Below are positions 20,901 through 30,251 of a stretch of DNA of 64,000 nucleotides, in pieces. This stretch comes from an uncultured Clostridia bacterium. Lineage in GTDB: Bacteria; Bacillota; Clostridia; JAAYHZ01. The stretch is taken from NCBI GenBank assembly GCA_937894465.1, contig CALCRE010000293.1, positions 9,482-73,481 on the forward strand, in the 5' to 3' direction. How positions within the stretch are numbered: the first letter of the stretch is position 1; every line of letters starts with the position of its first letter. The position numbers and the translations under genes were made by a program. Below the pieces are notes generated by a model. That model was not told the DNA's origin, ran no database searches, and saw nothing but the letters and a program-made list of their open reading frames with translations.

Positions 20901-21436
20901 TATACTCTAACACCGGTGGTCAAGCTTCAAAAGCAACACCCACAGGTAGTGTAGCTCAGTTTGCCGCTGCCGGTAAAGCAACCGGAAAGAAAGACTTGGG
21001 CAGAATTGCCATGACATATGGATATGTATATGTTGCACAAGTTGCTATGGGTGCAAACCAAAACCAATTGATCAAGGCTATCACAGAAGCTGAACAATAT
21101 AACGGACCTTCTTTGATCATTGCTTATGCTCCTTGTATCAATCACGGTATCAAAGCAGGTATGAGTTGCACACAAGCACAAGAAAAGAATGCCGTTGAAT
21201 CCGGTTACTGGCACTTATACAGATACAATCCCGAATTGGCAAAGGAAAACAAGAACCCCTTCGTACTCGATTCCAAGGAACCCAAGCTAAGCTACCAAGA
21301 CTTCTTGAATAGTGAATCAAGGTATGCTCGTTTGTTGAAATCTTCTCCGGATAGAGCCAAGGAACTGTTCGAAAAATCCGAAGCGGATGCGAAGTTCAGA
21401 TATGAATCTTATAAGAAAATGGCTGAACAAGAGTAA
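17906..21436 (+). CDS. nifJ: pyruvate:ferredoxin (flavodoxin) oxidoreductase, single-polypeptide type
   Basis: It is 1176 aa. The N-terminus [34 protein letters not shown] is typical of this enzyme. Two 4Fe-4S ferredoxin motifs are present ([13 protein letters not shown] and [12 protein letters not shown]), plus a TPP-binding region ([10 protein letters not shown]). Confidence 0.95.
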   Translation: [1176 protein letters not shown]

Positions 21437-21471
21437 AAGAACTTAAAAACTTACAGGATACATTATATAGA

Positions 21472-21499
21472 AAAGCACCGGTTGTCCGGTGCTTTTTAA
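21472..21499 (+). terminator. Rho-independent terminator after the oxidoreductase gene
   Basis: Stem agcaccgg-ttgt-ccggtgct followed by TTTTT. Confidence 0.8.
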
Positions 21500-21597
21500 T
21501 ATGTTAATGTCATTTACCTGCCATATTAAAACATAATCCCTTCTTTGTTTTCATATATTGAGAATAGCTGTACTACATAGGCGGAGGGATATGACAT

Positions 21598-22581
21598 ATG
21601 GAAATAGAGAAAATGATTGAGACGAATTATGATATAAAAGTATCTTCCTATATACCTTATCGAGACGGATTTATTATCAATGCACAAGATAAGAAAAAGT
21701 ATTTCTTTAAATCGGTTAATATCTCGGAAGAGCGTTTGATGTTTATTGACGGTTTAAAAAAGTATCTGGCCCAAAACGGTTTTCATAATACCGACCGATA
21801 CTTGGAAACACATACGCAATCCATTTGTATTGCCGAGGAAAATATTCGATTTGTACTTACGGATTTTATCGCGGGCAGAGAATGTGATTTTTTTGATGCG
21901 AATGACATCACCGATGCCACACGCTTATTAGCCAACTTCCATAAATGCGCCAAAGGATATGATCATCCGGACAATAATTATATGCAAAATTATTTGGGGA
22001 TGACACCAAAGTGGTATGCCAAAAAAATCAAAGAGTTCAATCGTATCAAAAGTCGCGCATCTTTTCGTAAAACCAAGTTTGATTCTCTCCTTATGGAACA
22101 CATAGACTACTTTATAGAACGAAGCACAACCTGTCTGACAAAACTAAAGCAATCCAATTATTTGGAGTTGGTCAAGAAAGCATATAACCGGCTTCCGATT
22201 TGCCACAACGATTTTTCATATTACTCCATTTTATGTAGTGAGAAAGGGTTATTTGTCATCAACTTTGATTCATGTCAATATGAATTATGTGTTTTTGACT
22301 TGATGGACTTTATGGTGAGGAGATTGCGAAAATGTAATTGGGATATTGATGAAGCCAAAAGAATACTGGTCATATACAATGAAATTATCCCATTGTCCAA
22401 GGATGAAATGGACTTGTTGAAAATTATTATACGTTTTCCGGAAAAACTATGTAAGACCATAAATCGATACTACAACAGCAAAAAAAGCAAAGCCAAAACC
22501 GGTTATTTATTAAAACTACAGGAAATCATTGACGAGATCCCTTATTATGAAACATTTATCACTAAGTTTAGCGATCTATAA
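21598..22581 (+). CDS. CotS/YutH-family spore coat protein (kinase-like fold)
   Basis: It is 327 aa. The catalytic-loop-like motif ICHNDFSYYSIL resembles the HGD.H..N loop of CotS/aminoglycoside-phosphotransferase-like proteins. A CATA-type sequence upstream (cCATAtatTG) is a possible sigma-K -10 element. Confidence 0.5.
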   Translation: MEIEKMIETNYDIKVSSYIPYRDGFIINAQDKKKYFFKSVNISEERLMFIDGLKKYLAQNGFHNTDRYLETHTQSICIAEENIRFVLTDFIAGRECDFFDANDITDATRLLANFHKCAKGYDHPDNNYMQNYLGMTPKWYAKKIKEFNRIKSRASFRKTKFDSLLMEHIDYFIERSTTCLTKLKQSNYLELVKKAYNRLPICHNDFSYYSILCSEKGLFVINFDSCQYELCVFDLMDFMVRRLRKCNWDIDEAKRILVIYNEIIPLSKDEMDLLKIIIRFPEKLCKTINRYYNSKKSKAKTGYLLKLQEIIDEIPYYETFITKFSDL

Positions 22582-23883
22582 AACAGATACATGATCCCCA
22601 AACTTGCTCTTATTCAAGTACAAATACACAATCAACAAGGAGTTCACGATAAAGCTGATGATGAATACAAATTGAATCTGGCTGTTGGGGAAAAACTCCC
22701 CTGTCATCACAGGCAAATTGACACGAAGAAGGTTTCCGGCAAAGGGACCTAAAATGCATCCGACTCCCACGACCATATTGTAAAAACCCTCGTACACGGA
22801 TTTTTGTAAGGCCGGCATGCTATTAAATCTTAAATTCAATGTAGCTAATACCAAGCCGCTATTTGCGATTCCGGAAAAGGCATGGGACAAGAAAAGCACC
22901 CAGACACTTTTGTTGGTGGCAAAAGCCCAGCTGATGTACTCAAGGCTAAAACACACCAGGCAACCAATAAAAACCGCATACCAACCTTTCTTTATACCCA
23001 TCCTCCCCCATACGGGCGAGACCACCCCTTGGACAATCATTCGAAAAGAAAAAAGGACAGAGTACAATAAATAGGAGATCTCCATGTACCTAAGCATATA
23101 TATATTCCGGAAGGAGTAGCATAACCATGCAATAAAAAAGAAAATCGCAATATAAAGGGTCAGATTACGAAAAGACTTGTTTTTTAAGGGAATCGTGATC
23201 AAATCCGCCAACTTGGTCTTTTCTTCGGACAGATGATACTCCACATCGGTGATTCTACGTAATTGATAGTATTGTATCATAGCTAATAAGAAGGCTACGC
23301 CGTATATGATGAGAAACCCGGTATACCCTCTATGAAAGTAATCCAAAACAAATCCTAAAACAAAAACTACAACACAAGTCAGGAATTTATCCAGTATCTC
23401 CCTTTTGGCAAAATATTCACCTCTATATTGTGGTAGGACAATTTCCATCACCCAAACATTCGTACCTGCTGTTACCATACCGTATAAAATGATTCCGACA
23501 GCCGTGACAAAAAGTAATATAAGTCCAGCGGTTTCACCTTTTACAAATAAGGGAATGAGCACGAGGCCACACAATAAAATATATCCGGCCAACTGCATGA
23601 GGGAAATGACATTTCTCCTCCGAGTCAATCGTTCAAAAATCAAAGGAGATAGAAACATCGGTAAAAAGCTGTACACTGACATGGAAGAAACAATACTCGA
23701 TAAAGTATCTCCGGCGCCGACGAAAATGGCAAACCCGGATAAATACACCGAGATTGCTATCGTACTTGCAGTAAGCCCTCCTGCATTAGCGATATAAAAT
23801 CTTGTCATATCTTTTTTTGTTTTCTCATCTATATTGGTATAGTTCCCATAGAAAACAAAAAATTGTTTAATCCTTTTAAACAT
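22576..23883 (-). CDS. MFS transporter (12 TM)
   Basis: 435 aa. The hydrophobicity pattern shows two six-TM halves. Its 3' end overlaps the convergent cotS-family gene by 6 nt. Confidence 0.7.
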   Translation of the reverse strand: MFKRIKQFFVFYGNYTNIDEKTKKDMTRFYIANAGGLTASTIAISVYLSGFAIFVGAGDTLSSIVSSMSVYSFLPMFLSPLIFERLTRRRNVISLMQLAGYILLCGLVLIPLFVKGETAGLILLFVTAVGIILYGMVTAGTNVWVMEIVLPQYRGEYFAKREILDKFLTCVVVFVLGFVLDYFHRGYTGFLIIYGVAFLLAMIQYYQLRRITDVEYHLSEEKTKLADLITIPLKNKSFRNLTLYIAIFFFIAWLCYSFRNIYMLRYMEISYLLYSVLFSFRMIVQGVVSPVWGRMGIKKGWYAVFIGCLVCFSLEYISWAFATNKSVWVLFLSHAFSGIANSGLVLATLNLRFNSMPALQKSVYEGFYNMVVGVGCILGPFAGNLLRVNLPVMTGEFFPNSQIQFVFIISFIVNSLLIVYLYLNKSKFGDHVSVL

Positions 23884-23901
23884 TTCTCCCCTTATTCTAT
23901 A

Positions 23902-25572
23902 TTAAAACAACCCTGTAAACGTTCCGTCACTCAATATATCCATATTTTCAGCGGCCGGTTTTTTCGGCAGTCCCGGCATGGTCATGATATTTCCTGTGAT
24001 CACCACGATAAAACCCGCTCCGGCTGACAGCTTCACTTCCCGGACAGTAATCTCGAAATCTTCCGGACGCCCTGTTAAACTTGCATCATCAGATAAAGAA
24101 TACTGAGTTTTGGCCATACATACAGGTAAGTTGGAGAACCCCATCTTCTCTAACTGTTCAATTTCCTTTTCCGCTGATTTTACATAATTCACACCTGCGC
24201 CACCATAAATTTCTGTGACAATCAAGCGGATCTTTTCTTTAATCGGCAAATCCACATCATATAAAGGCTTAAAGCTAGAAGGTTCTTTCTCCAATAAGTC
24301 CAATAATTTTGCCGCTACATCCAAGCCACCCTCGCCACCTTTGACAAACACATCCGATACAGCAGCTTCCGTTCCGTTTTGACGACACAACTCCATAACT
24401 GCTTCTATTTCAGCCTGAGTATCCGTGCCGAAGCGATTGATCACAACTAAAGCAGGAACGCCAAACTTTTTGACATTCTCCATATGCTTTTGCAAATTGC
24501 AAAAACCATTGCGTACTGCCTCAACATTCTCCACAGAGAGATTTTCGCCGGATATTCCGCCGTTGTATTTAAGCGCCCGAATAGTTGCCACAATCACAGC
24601 TACATCCGGTTTAAGATTTGCATATCTACATTTGATGTCAAAAAACTTTTCTGCCCCCAAATCGGCACCAAAGCCTGCTTCGGTCACCACGTAATCAGCA
24701 AGTTTGAGCCCCATGCGTGTGGCTATGACACTGTTACATCCATGAGCAATATTGGCGAAAGGCCCTCCGTGTACCAAAGCCGGGGTATTCTCCAATGTCT
24801 GAACCAAATTCGGTTTGATGGCATCCTTGAGCAGCAAAGCCATGGCTCCTTGTACTTTTAAGTCCTCCACTCGGATGGGTTGCCCTGTTACGGAATAAGC
24901 AACGACAATTCTCTTGATTCTTTCCTTTAAATCATCCAAATCATTGGCTAAACACAAAATGGCCATCAATTCGGATGCTACGGTAATAATGAACCCATCT
25001 TCTCTGGGGACACCGTTTATTTTCCCGCCTAGCCCCACAACAATTTCTCGCAAAGCACGGTCGTTCATATCCATGGATCTTTTCCACATAATCGAAGCAG
25101 GGTGAATATTCAAGCTGTTTCCCTGGTGAATATGGTTGTCTATACAAGCACTTAAAAGATTGTTAGCAGCAGTTAAGGCATGCATATCTCCGGTAAAATG
25201 AAGGTTGATGTCCTCCATGGGAACCACTTGGGAATATCCGCCTCCGGCAGCGCCGCCTTTCATCCCCATCACCGGGCCTAACGAAGGTTCCCGTAAACAT
25301 ATGACCGCTTTTTTACCCGCTTTACACAAAGCTTGCCCCAAGCCGATGGTCATGGTGGTTTTCCCTTCTCCTGCAGGGGTGGGATTAATTGCAGTCACTA
25401 ATATTAATTTCCCGTCCCTTTTCTCCTTGATCCGGTTAAAAAAGTCCAATGAAATTTTTGCTTTGTATCGTCCGTATAATTCGATATATTCTTCAGGTAT
25501 GCCCAATCCACAGGCGATATCCATAATAGGTTTCATATTACACCTAGTGACTATGTCAATGTCAGATTTCAT
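23902..25572 (-). CDS. fhs: formate--tetrahydrofolate ligase
   Basis: [16 protein letters not shown]...[18 protein letters not shown] is a canonical FTHFS N-terminus. The listed ORF extends 26 aa further upstream. The start was assigned to the ATG at 25572 because a consensus promoter lies inside that extension. Confidence 0.9.
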   Translation of the reverse strand: MKSDIDIVTRCNMKPIMDIACGLGIPEEYIELYGRYKAKISLDFFNRIKEKRDGKLILVTAINPTPAGEGKTTMTIGLGQALCKAGKKAVICLREPSLGPVMGMKGGAAGGGYSQVVPMEDINLHFTGDMHALTAANNLLSACIDNHIHQGNSLNIHPASIMWKRSMDMNDRALREIVVGLGGKINGVPREDGFIITVASELMAILCLANDLDDLKERIKRIVVAYSVTGQPIRVEDLKVQGAMALLLKDAIKPNLVQTLENTPALVHGGPFANIAHGCNSVIATRMGLKLADYVVTEAGFGADLGAEKFFDIKCRYANLKPDVAVIVATIRALKYNGGISGENLSVENVEAVRNGFCNLQKHMENVKKFGVPALVVINRFGTDTQAEIEAVMELCRQNGTEAAVSDVFVKGGEGGLDVAAKLLDLLEKEPSSFKPLYDVDLPIKEKIRLIVTEIYGGAGVNYVKSAEKEIEQLEKMGFSNLPVCMAKTQYSLSDDASLTGRPEDFEITVREVKLSAGAGFIVVITGNIMTMPGLPKKPAAENMDILSDGTFTGLF

Positions 25573-25614
25573 ATATTTACCTCGATTTCTAATGCTTAAA
25601 AAACGCATGCATAG

Positions 25615-25643
25615 ATTATATCCGTAACATCTTAATAATTCAA
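25615..25643 (-). promoter_or_regulatory. sigma-A-type promoter for fhs (TTGAAT-N17-TATAAT)
   Basis: On the minus strand: TTGAAT, then a 17-nt spacer (tattaagatgttacgga), then TATAAT, about 40 nt upstream of the fhs ATG. Confidence 0.6.
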
Positions 25644-25656
25644 TAGACAAATAAAT

Positions 25657-25684
25657 GTCCGGTTGATCAACCGATCAACCGGAC
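25657..25684 (-). terminator. Rho-independent terminator ending the glycine-cleavage operon
   Basis: Perfect 12-bp stem GTCCGGTTGATC / GATCAACCGGAC with a 4-nt loop, followed by ATTTATTTGT. Confidence 0.8.
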
Positions 25685-25709
25685 ACTTATATATTCAAAC
25701 AATTTTGGT

Positions 25710-27149
25710 TCACTCCATGTATTTAATGACAGGATTTCTAGCCGCAGCCACTTCGTCCAACCGCCTCACAGTTTTGGTGTGAGGTGTGGTTTTCAGCAAT
25801 TCAGGATCGTTAATCCCTTCTTGGTATATTTGCTCCATCAAATCACAAAAGCGGTCTAAAGTCTCCTTACTCTCGGTTTCCGTCGGCTCGATCATTAATG
25901 CCTCTGAAACAATTGCGGGAAAATACATGGTAGGAGGATGAATTCCGAAGTCAATCAAGCGCTTGGCCGCATCTTTTGCATGAATTCCCTGATCAAGCAA
26001 TGTATCGTAGGAGACAATAAATTCATGCATGAATCCTTTGTCAAAGGGAATCTTTAGGAATTCACCTAATCGCTTGGCGATATAATTAGCATTTAAAACA
26101 GCATTTTCTGCAACTTGGATCAAGCCTTCCCTGCCTAAGTTCAGGATATAGCAATAAGCCTTCACCAAAACACCGAAGTTTCCGTAGAAAGAATGAATCT
26201 TTCCGATGGAACAAGGTGAACTGTAGTCAAGAAAATACCGATCCGAATCTTTTTTTACCACCGGATTAGGGAGATATTCTTCCAAAAACTTTTTCACACC
26301 GATGGGACCGGATCCGGGTCCGCCTCCTCCGTGAGGTGTGGAGAAGGTTTTATGCAAATTAAAATGCACCAAATCAAATCCCATATCGCCGGGTCTCACA
26401 ATACCAACGATAGCGTTGGCATTTGCACCATCATAATACAAAAGTCCATTGACGGAATGGATGACAGATGCAATTTCTTCTATATGCTCTTCAAACACGC
26501 CTACTGTATTCGGGTTGGTTAACATCAAGCCCGCCACACCGTCATGAACCATTTCTTTTAGTTGTTGCAGGTCGGTTTGTCCCTTTTGGTCGCTTGGGAT
26601 GGTTTGTACCGTAAACCCGGCCAAAGCTGCTGATGCGGGATTGGTTCCATGAGAAGAATCCGGTACCAAAATAATATTCTTATGTTCCAAGCCGTGATCA
26701 TTCAAATACTTCCTCATAATCATCAATCCGGTGATTTCTCCCTGAGCTCCTGCAGCAGGCTGCAAAGAGAAAGCATCCATTCCGGCAATCTCACATAATA
26801 GTTGTTGCAAACAGTGCATCAGCTCCAAGCAACCTTGCACAGTATGCTCCGGTTGCAGCGGGTGCACATCGGAAAAGCCGGGCAAAGCAGCCATATATTC
26901 GTTTATTTTCGGATTATACTTCATGGTGCAGGATCCTAATGGATAAAAGTTAGCATCCACACCGAAGTTTTTTGTGGAAAGGTCGGTATAGTGACGTACG
27001 ACATCCGGTTCGCTAACCTCCGGCAGATCAGCCGGTGTTTTACGCATATATTTTTTAGAAAGTGTATTCATGTAGTCCGGTGTATCCATTTTTGGTAAAT
27101 GTATGGCTCTTCTTCCGGGTTTACCTTTTTCAAATATTAGTTTTGTCAT
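25710..27149 (-). CDS. gcvPB: glycine dehydrogenase (decarboxylating) subunit 2
   Basis: 479 aa, with the PLP-dependent P-protein C-terminal-half signature. Overlaps gcvPA by 4 nt. Confidence 0.9.
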   Translation of the reverse strand: MTKLIFEKGKPGRRAIHLPKMDTPDYMNTLSKKYMRKTPADLPEVSEPDVVRHYTDLSTKNFGVDANFYPLGSCTMKYNPKINEYMAALPGFSDVHPLQPEHTVQGCLELMHCLQQLLCEIAGMDAFSLQPAAGAQGEITGLMIMRKYLNDHGLEHKNIILVPDSSHGTNPASAALAGFTVQTIPSDQKGQTDLQQLKEMVHDGVAGLMLTNPNTVGVFEEHIEEIASVIHSVNGLLYYDGANANAIVGIVRPGDMGFDLVHFNLHKTFSTPHGGGGPGSGPIGVKKFLEEYLPNPVVKKDSDRYFLDYSSPCSIGKIHSFYGNFGVLVKAYCYILNLGREGLIQVAENAVLNANYIAKRLGEFLKIPFDKGFMHEFIVSYDTLLDQGIHAKDAAKRLIDFGIHPPTMYFPAIVSEALMIEPTETESKETLDRFCDLMEQIYQEGINDPELLKTTPHTKTVRRLDEVAAARNPVIKYME

Positions 27150-28489
27150 GACATATCACCTGCCATTTCCACAACAAGATCCATTTCCTTCTTGGTTCTT
27201 TTTTCAGTCACTGCAATTAATAAACTGTTTTTCATATCAGAAAACTCATTGGCAAGGCCATAGCCTAAAAGAATCTTATTATTCAAGTAAGCATCTTGAA
27301 TTTGCTTCACATTCACCCCGGCATCCAAAACAAACTCATTAAAGAATTCAGAGGTAAATCGTTCTTTGAAAAGACGGGTTTCCTTAAGACCGTTATACAA
27401 ATAATGGGCTTTATTAAAACTCAATTTTGCAACGTCCACAACGCCTTGTTTTCCTAACACCGACAAGTAAATAGCTGCTGCAAGTGCATTAAGAGCTTGG
27501 TTGGAACAAATGTTGGAGCTTGCTTTTTCTCTTCTGATATGTTGCTCCCTGGCTTGCATCGTCAACACATACCCGGCTTTACCTTCTAAGTCCTTTGTCA
27601 TTCCCACAATCCTGCCCGGCATTTTACGAATCAAAGGCTTTGATACGGCGAAAAATCCGAGGTAAGGCCCTCCGAAGGACAACCCGTTTCCAAGCTCTTG
27701 CCCTTCCCCTGTAACGATATCGGCCTCGTACTCTCCGGGAGACTGTAAGATTCCCAAACTGATGGGATTTACCGAAACAATCAAATGCAATCCATTCCTT
27801 TTAGCGAATTCCGAAGCGCTTTCCATGTCCTCCAAACATCCGAAATAGTTGGGGTTTTGGAGAATCAAGCATCCGCTCTCAGCTAAATCGTCTTTCGAAA
27901 TAGATTCTAAGTCGGTTACTCCGTCTGCTGAATCAATTTCAACTGTTTTCATATCCTTGTACCTAACATAGGTGTCAAGAACCTGTCTATACCTAGGGTT
28001 TAAACATCCACTCACCAATACTCGGCTTTTTCTTTTTACACTGTTCGACAAGGAGACCGCCTCCGCTAAAGCAGAACCTCCGTCGTAAACAGATGCATTG
28101 GATCCTTCCATTCCGGTTAAATTGCATATCAAAGATTGATATTCAAAGATCGCTTGCAGCAATCCTTGGCTGGCTTCTGCTTGATAAGGTGTGTACGCCG
28201 TTAAAAATTCCTGCCTTGAAATCAATGCTTTTACAACCGCAGGGATATATCGGTCATAAGCTCCTGCTCCGATAAAACAAACTGCATCATTCACATTTAA
28301 GTTTTTTCCGGACAAAGAGCGCAATTTGCCCTCTAGCTCTATATCCGATAAACCCTCAGGAATATTCATTCCGTTTCTATCCTTAATGGAGTCGGGTATG
28401 CAATCAAATAACCGGTCTACACTGTCAATCCCTATATAGGAAAGCATTTCGGCTTTTTGAGCCTGTGTATTCGGGATATATTTGTTCAT
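27146..28489 (-). CDS. gcvPA: glycine dehydrogenase (decarboxylating) subunit 1
   Basis: 447 aa, P-protein N-terminal-half type. Overlaps gcvH by 4 nt. Confidence 0.9.
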   Translation of the reverse strand: MNKYIPNTQAQKAEMLSYIGIDSVDRLFDCIPDSIKDRNGMNIPEGLSDIELEGKLRSLSGKNLNVNDAVCFIGAGAYDRYIPAVVKALISRQEFLTAYTPYQAEASQGLLQAIFEYQSLICNLTGMEGSNASVYDGGSALAEAVSLSNSVKRKSRVLVSGCLNPRYRQVLDTYVRYKDMKTVEIDSADGVTDLESISKDDLAESGCLILQNPNYFGCLEDMESASEFAKRNGLHLIVSVNPISLGILQSPGEYEADIVTGEGQELGNGLSFGGPYLGFFAVSKPLIRKMPGRIVGMTKDLEGKAGYVLTMQAREQHIRREKASSNICSNQALNALAAAIYLSVLGKQGVVDVAKLSFNKAHYLYNGLKETRLFKERFTSEFFNEFVLDAGVNVKQIQDAYLNNKILLGYGLANEFSDMKNSLLIAVTEKRTKKEMDLVVEMAGDMS

Positions 28490-28866
28490 TGATCCAACTC
28501 CTCAATATATTTTGTGTATTCATCAGCACTCAATAATCCTTCAAGGTCATTGTCCTCTTGTTGAATCACAAAGATATAGTTGGTGTAGCAATCCGAGTTG
28601 ATCAGTTCCGGTTGGTTTTCCAGCGCATGATTGACCGCTTTCACGGAACCTTTCACCGGCATATAGATATCTGATGCCGTTTTCACCGATTCCACCACTG
28701 AAACCGCTTCTGAAGCTTCAAACTCGTCACCAACTTCCGGTAACTCCACATACACGATATCTCCGAGCTGATCTTGCGCATAATGTGTGATGCCTACATA
28801 AAGACCCTCGTCGGTCACCTTAATCCATTCATGTTCCTTTGTGTAATATAAATGTTTTGGTATCAT
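28486..28866 (-). CDS. gcvH: glycine cleavage system H protein
   Basis: 126 aa. The lipoyl-lysine context EFEASEAVSVVESVKTASDIYMPV is present. Confidence 0.9.
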   Translation of the reverse strand: MIPKHLYYTKEHEWIKVTDEGLYVGITHYAQDQLGDIVYVELPEVGDEFEASEAVSVVESVKTASDIYMPVKGSVKAVNHALENQPELINSDCYTNYIFVIQQEDNDLEGLLSADEYTKYIEELDQ

Positions 28867-28880
28867 TTAATGCTGCTCCT

Positions 28881-29951
28881 TTACTTCCTATATTTCTTAT
28901 TATAAAAAGGCATATTTGCCCTTTTGGCTTTCATGGGTTTGTTACGAATCATTATTTCAAATTCATCATCCCCATATTCCTTCTTTTCCACCAAACATAT
29001 CGCATAAACACCGTTTAAAGAAGGACAAAAATTCCCTGTTGTAACAATTCCGATTTCCTTATGATCATCATACACTAAAAAACCGGTTCGGGGTATGCTT
29101 CTGCCTTCCATTTCTAATCCGATCAACATTCTTTTTGGCTCTTCCAAAGCATCTTTCCCTACAAAATCTCCTTTATTCAAATGAACAAACGCAGAAAGGT
29201 TTGCTTCCAAAGGTGAAATGGTCTCATCCAACTCTTGACCATAAAGTGGCAAACATGCTTCAAATCTCAGTGTGTCCCTGGCACCTAATCCTATGGGCTT
29301 GACAATGGGGTTCTCCAATAAAGCGGTCCAAATACCCTTGGCGCCAACCGGATCACAATAAATTTCAAACCCGTCTTCTCCGGTATATCCGGTTCGAGAG
29401 ATCAGACAATCAGTTCCATTTACACTAGCATTATTTTTAAAACGGAAAAACTTCAATGCAGAAAGATCAAAATCACATAGAGGCTGTAGGACTTCCTGAC
29501 TTTTGGGTCCTTGGACGGCAATCTGGGCAAATGTATCACTTTTATTCTCTACCGAAACGTCAAATCCTTCTTTTAAGGAATTGATCCGATCGAAATCCTT
29601 TTGAATGTTTGAAGCGTTCACCACCAGCAAATATTCCGAAGGCCCGATTCCGTAAACGATCAAATCATCTACAGTTTTTCCTTCTTCGTTTAATAAAATG
29701 GCATACACCGCTTTTTGATTGGCATATGAATTCTTCACATCTGCTGTTAAAATATATTGTAAGAATTCTGTGCTCTGTGGGCCCTTGACAACAATTTCCC
29801 CCATGTGAGAAACATCAAAAATACCTGCTTGGCTTCTTACATGCAAATGTTCACTGACAATCCCTTCAAATTGAATAGGTAAATCCCATCCGTGAAAATC
29901 CGTCATCTTTCCACCTAATGATTTGTGTAGATCAAATAAGACTGTTTTCAT
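28881..29951 (-). CDS. gcvT: aminomethyltransferase (glycine cleavage T protein)
   Basis: MKTVLFDLHKSLGGKMTDFHGWDLPIQFEG is a typical GcvT start. The listed ORF extends 20 aa upstream. The start was taken at the ATG at 29951, which has an RBS. Confidence 0.9.
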   Translation of the reverse strand: MKTVLFDLHKSLGGKMTDFHGWDLPIQFEGIVSEHLHVRSQAGIFDVSHMGEIVVKGPQSTEFLQYILTADVKNSYANQKAVYAILLNEEGKTVDDLIVYGIGPSEYLLVVNASNIQKDFDRINSLKEGFDVSVENKSDTFAQIAVQGPKSQEVLQPLCDFDLSALKFFRFKNNASVNGTDCLISRTGYTGEDGFEIYCDPVGAKGIWTALLENPIVKPIGLGARDTLRFEACLPLYGQELDETISPLEANLSAFVHLNKGDFVGKDALEEPKRMLIGLEMEGRSIPRTGFLVYDDHKEIGIVTTGNFCPSLNGVYAICLVEKKEYGDDEFEIMIRNKPMKAKRANMPFYNKKYRK

Positions 29952-30014
29952 ATATTTCTTTCCCTTTCCGAAAATATTGCTAATAAAAAAACAAGAAAAA
30001 CTATACGCCATTTT

Positions 30015-30184
30015 CCCTGTTTTGTTACCTGAGAGATTCTATTTTTCAATATTGCTCCTTCGGTGCTTTATGCTTTTCAGAGTGTTGTCCGGATCCGGTC
30101 CTCTTGCCTGAAAGGTTCATCTGTTGTCGACATTCAACAGACTTGCTTCTTCGGCTTCCTGTCTTATACAGGAAATCTCCCGAA
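30015..30184 (-). promoter_or_regulatory. Tandem glycine riboswitch (two aptamers) in the gcvT leader
   Basis: On the minus strand, aptamer 1 reads GGGAGA...CAGGAAGCCGAAGAAGCAA...CTTTCAGGCAAGAGGAC. Aptamer 2 reads CTCTGAAAAG...CACCGAAGGAGCAA...ATCTCTCAGGTAACAAAACAGGG. Both carry the conserved GGAGA / CCGAAG(G/A)AGCAA / CTCTCAGG...ACAG elements. A T-rich expression platform follows. Confidence 0.85.
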
Positions 30185-30222
30185 ATCCATCAATCAACTG
30201 CCAAATATTTCACTTTAATTTC

Positions 30223-30251
30223 AGTATATGCACGAAACAGGTAAATGTCAA
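30223..30251 (-). promoter_or_regulatory. sigma-A-type promoter driving the glycine riboswitch and gcv operon (TTGACA-N17-TATACT)
   Basis: On the minus strand: TTGACA, tttacctgtttcgtgca, TATACT. The -35 element overlaps the stop codon of cca. Confidence 0.6.

Noticed and set aside
23902-30011. Longer N-terminal extensions of fhs (to 25650) and gcvT (to 30011) given in the ORF track.
   Set aside because: The canonical protein N-termini begin at internal ATGs with RBSs (25572 and 29951). The upstream extension of fhs contains a consensus promoter and the upstream extension of gcvT contains part of the expression platform. Short starts were preferred.
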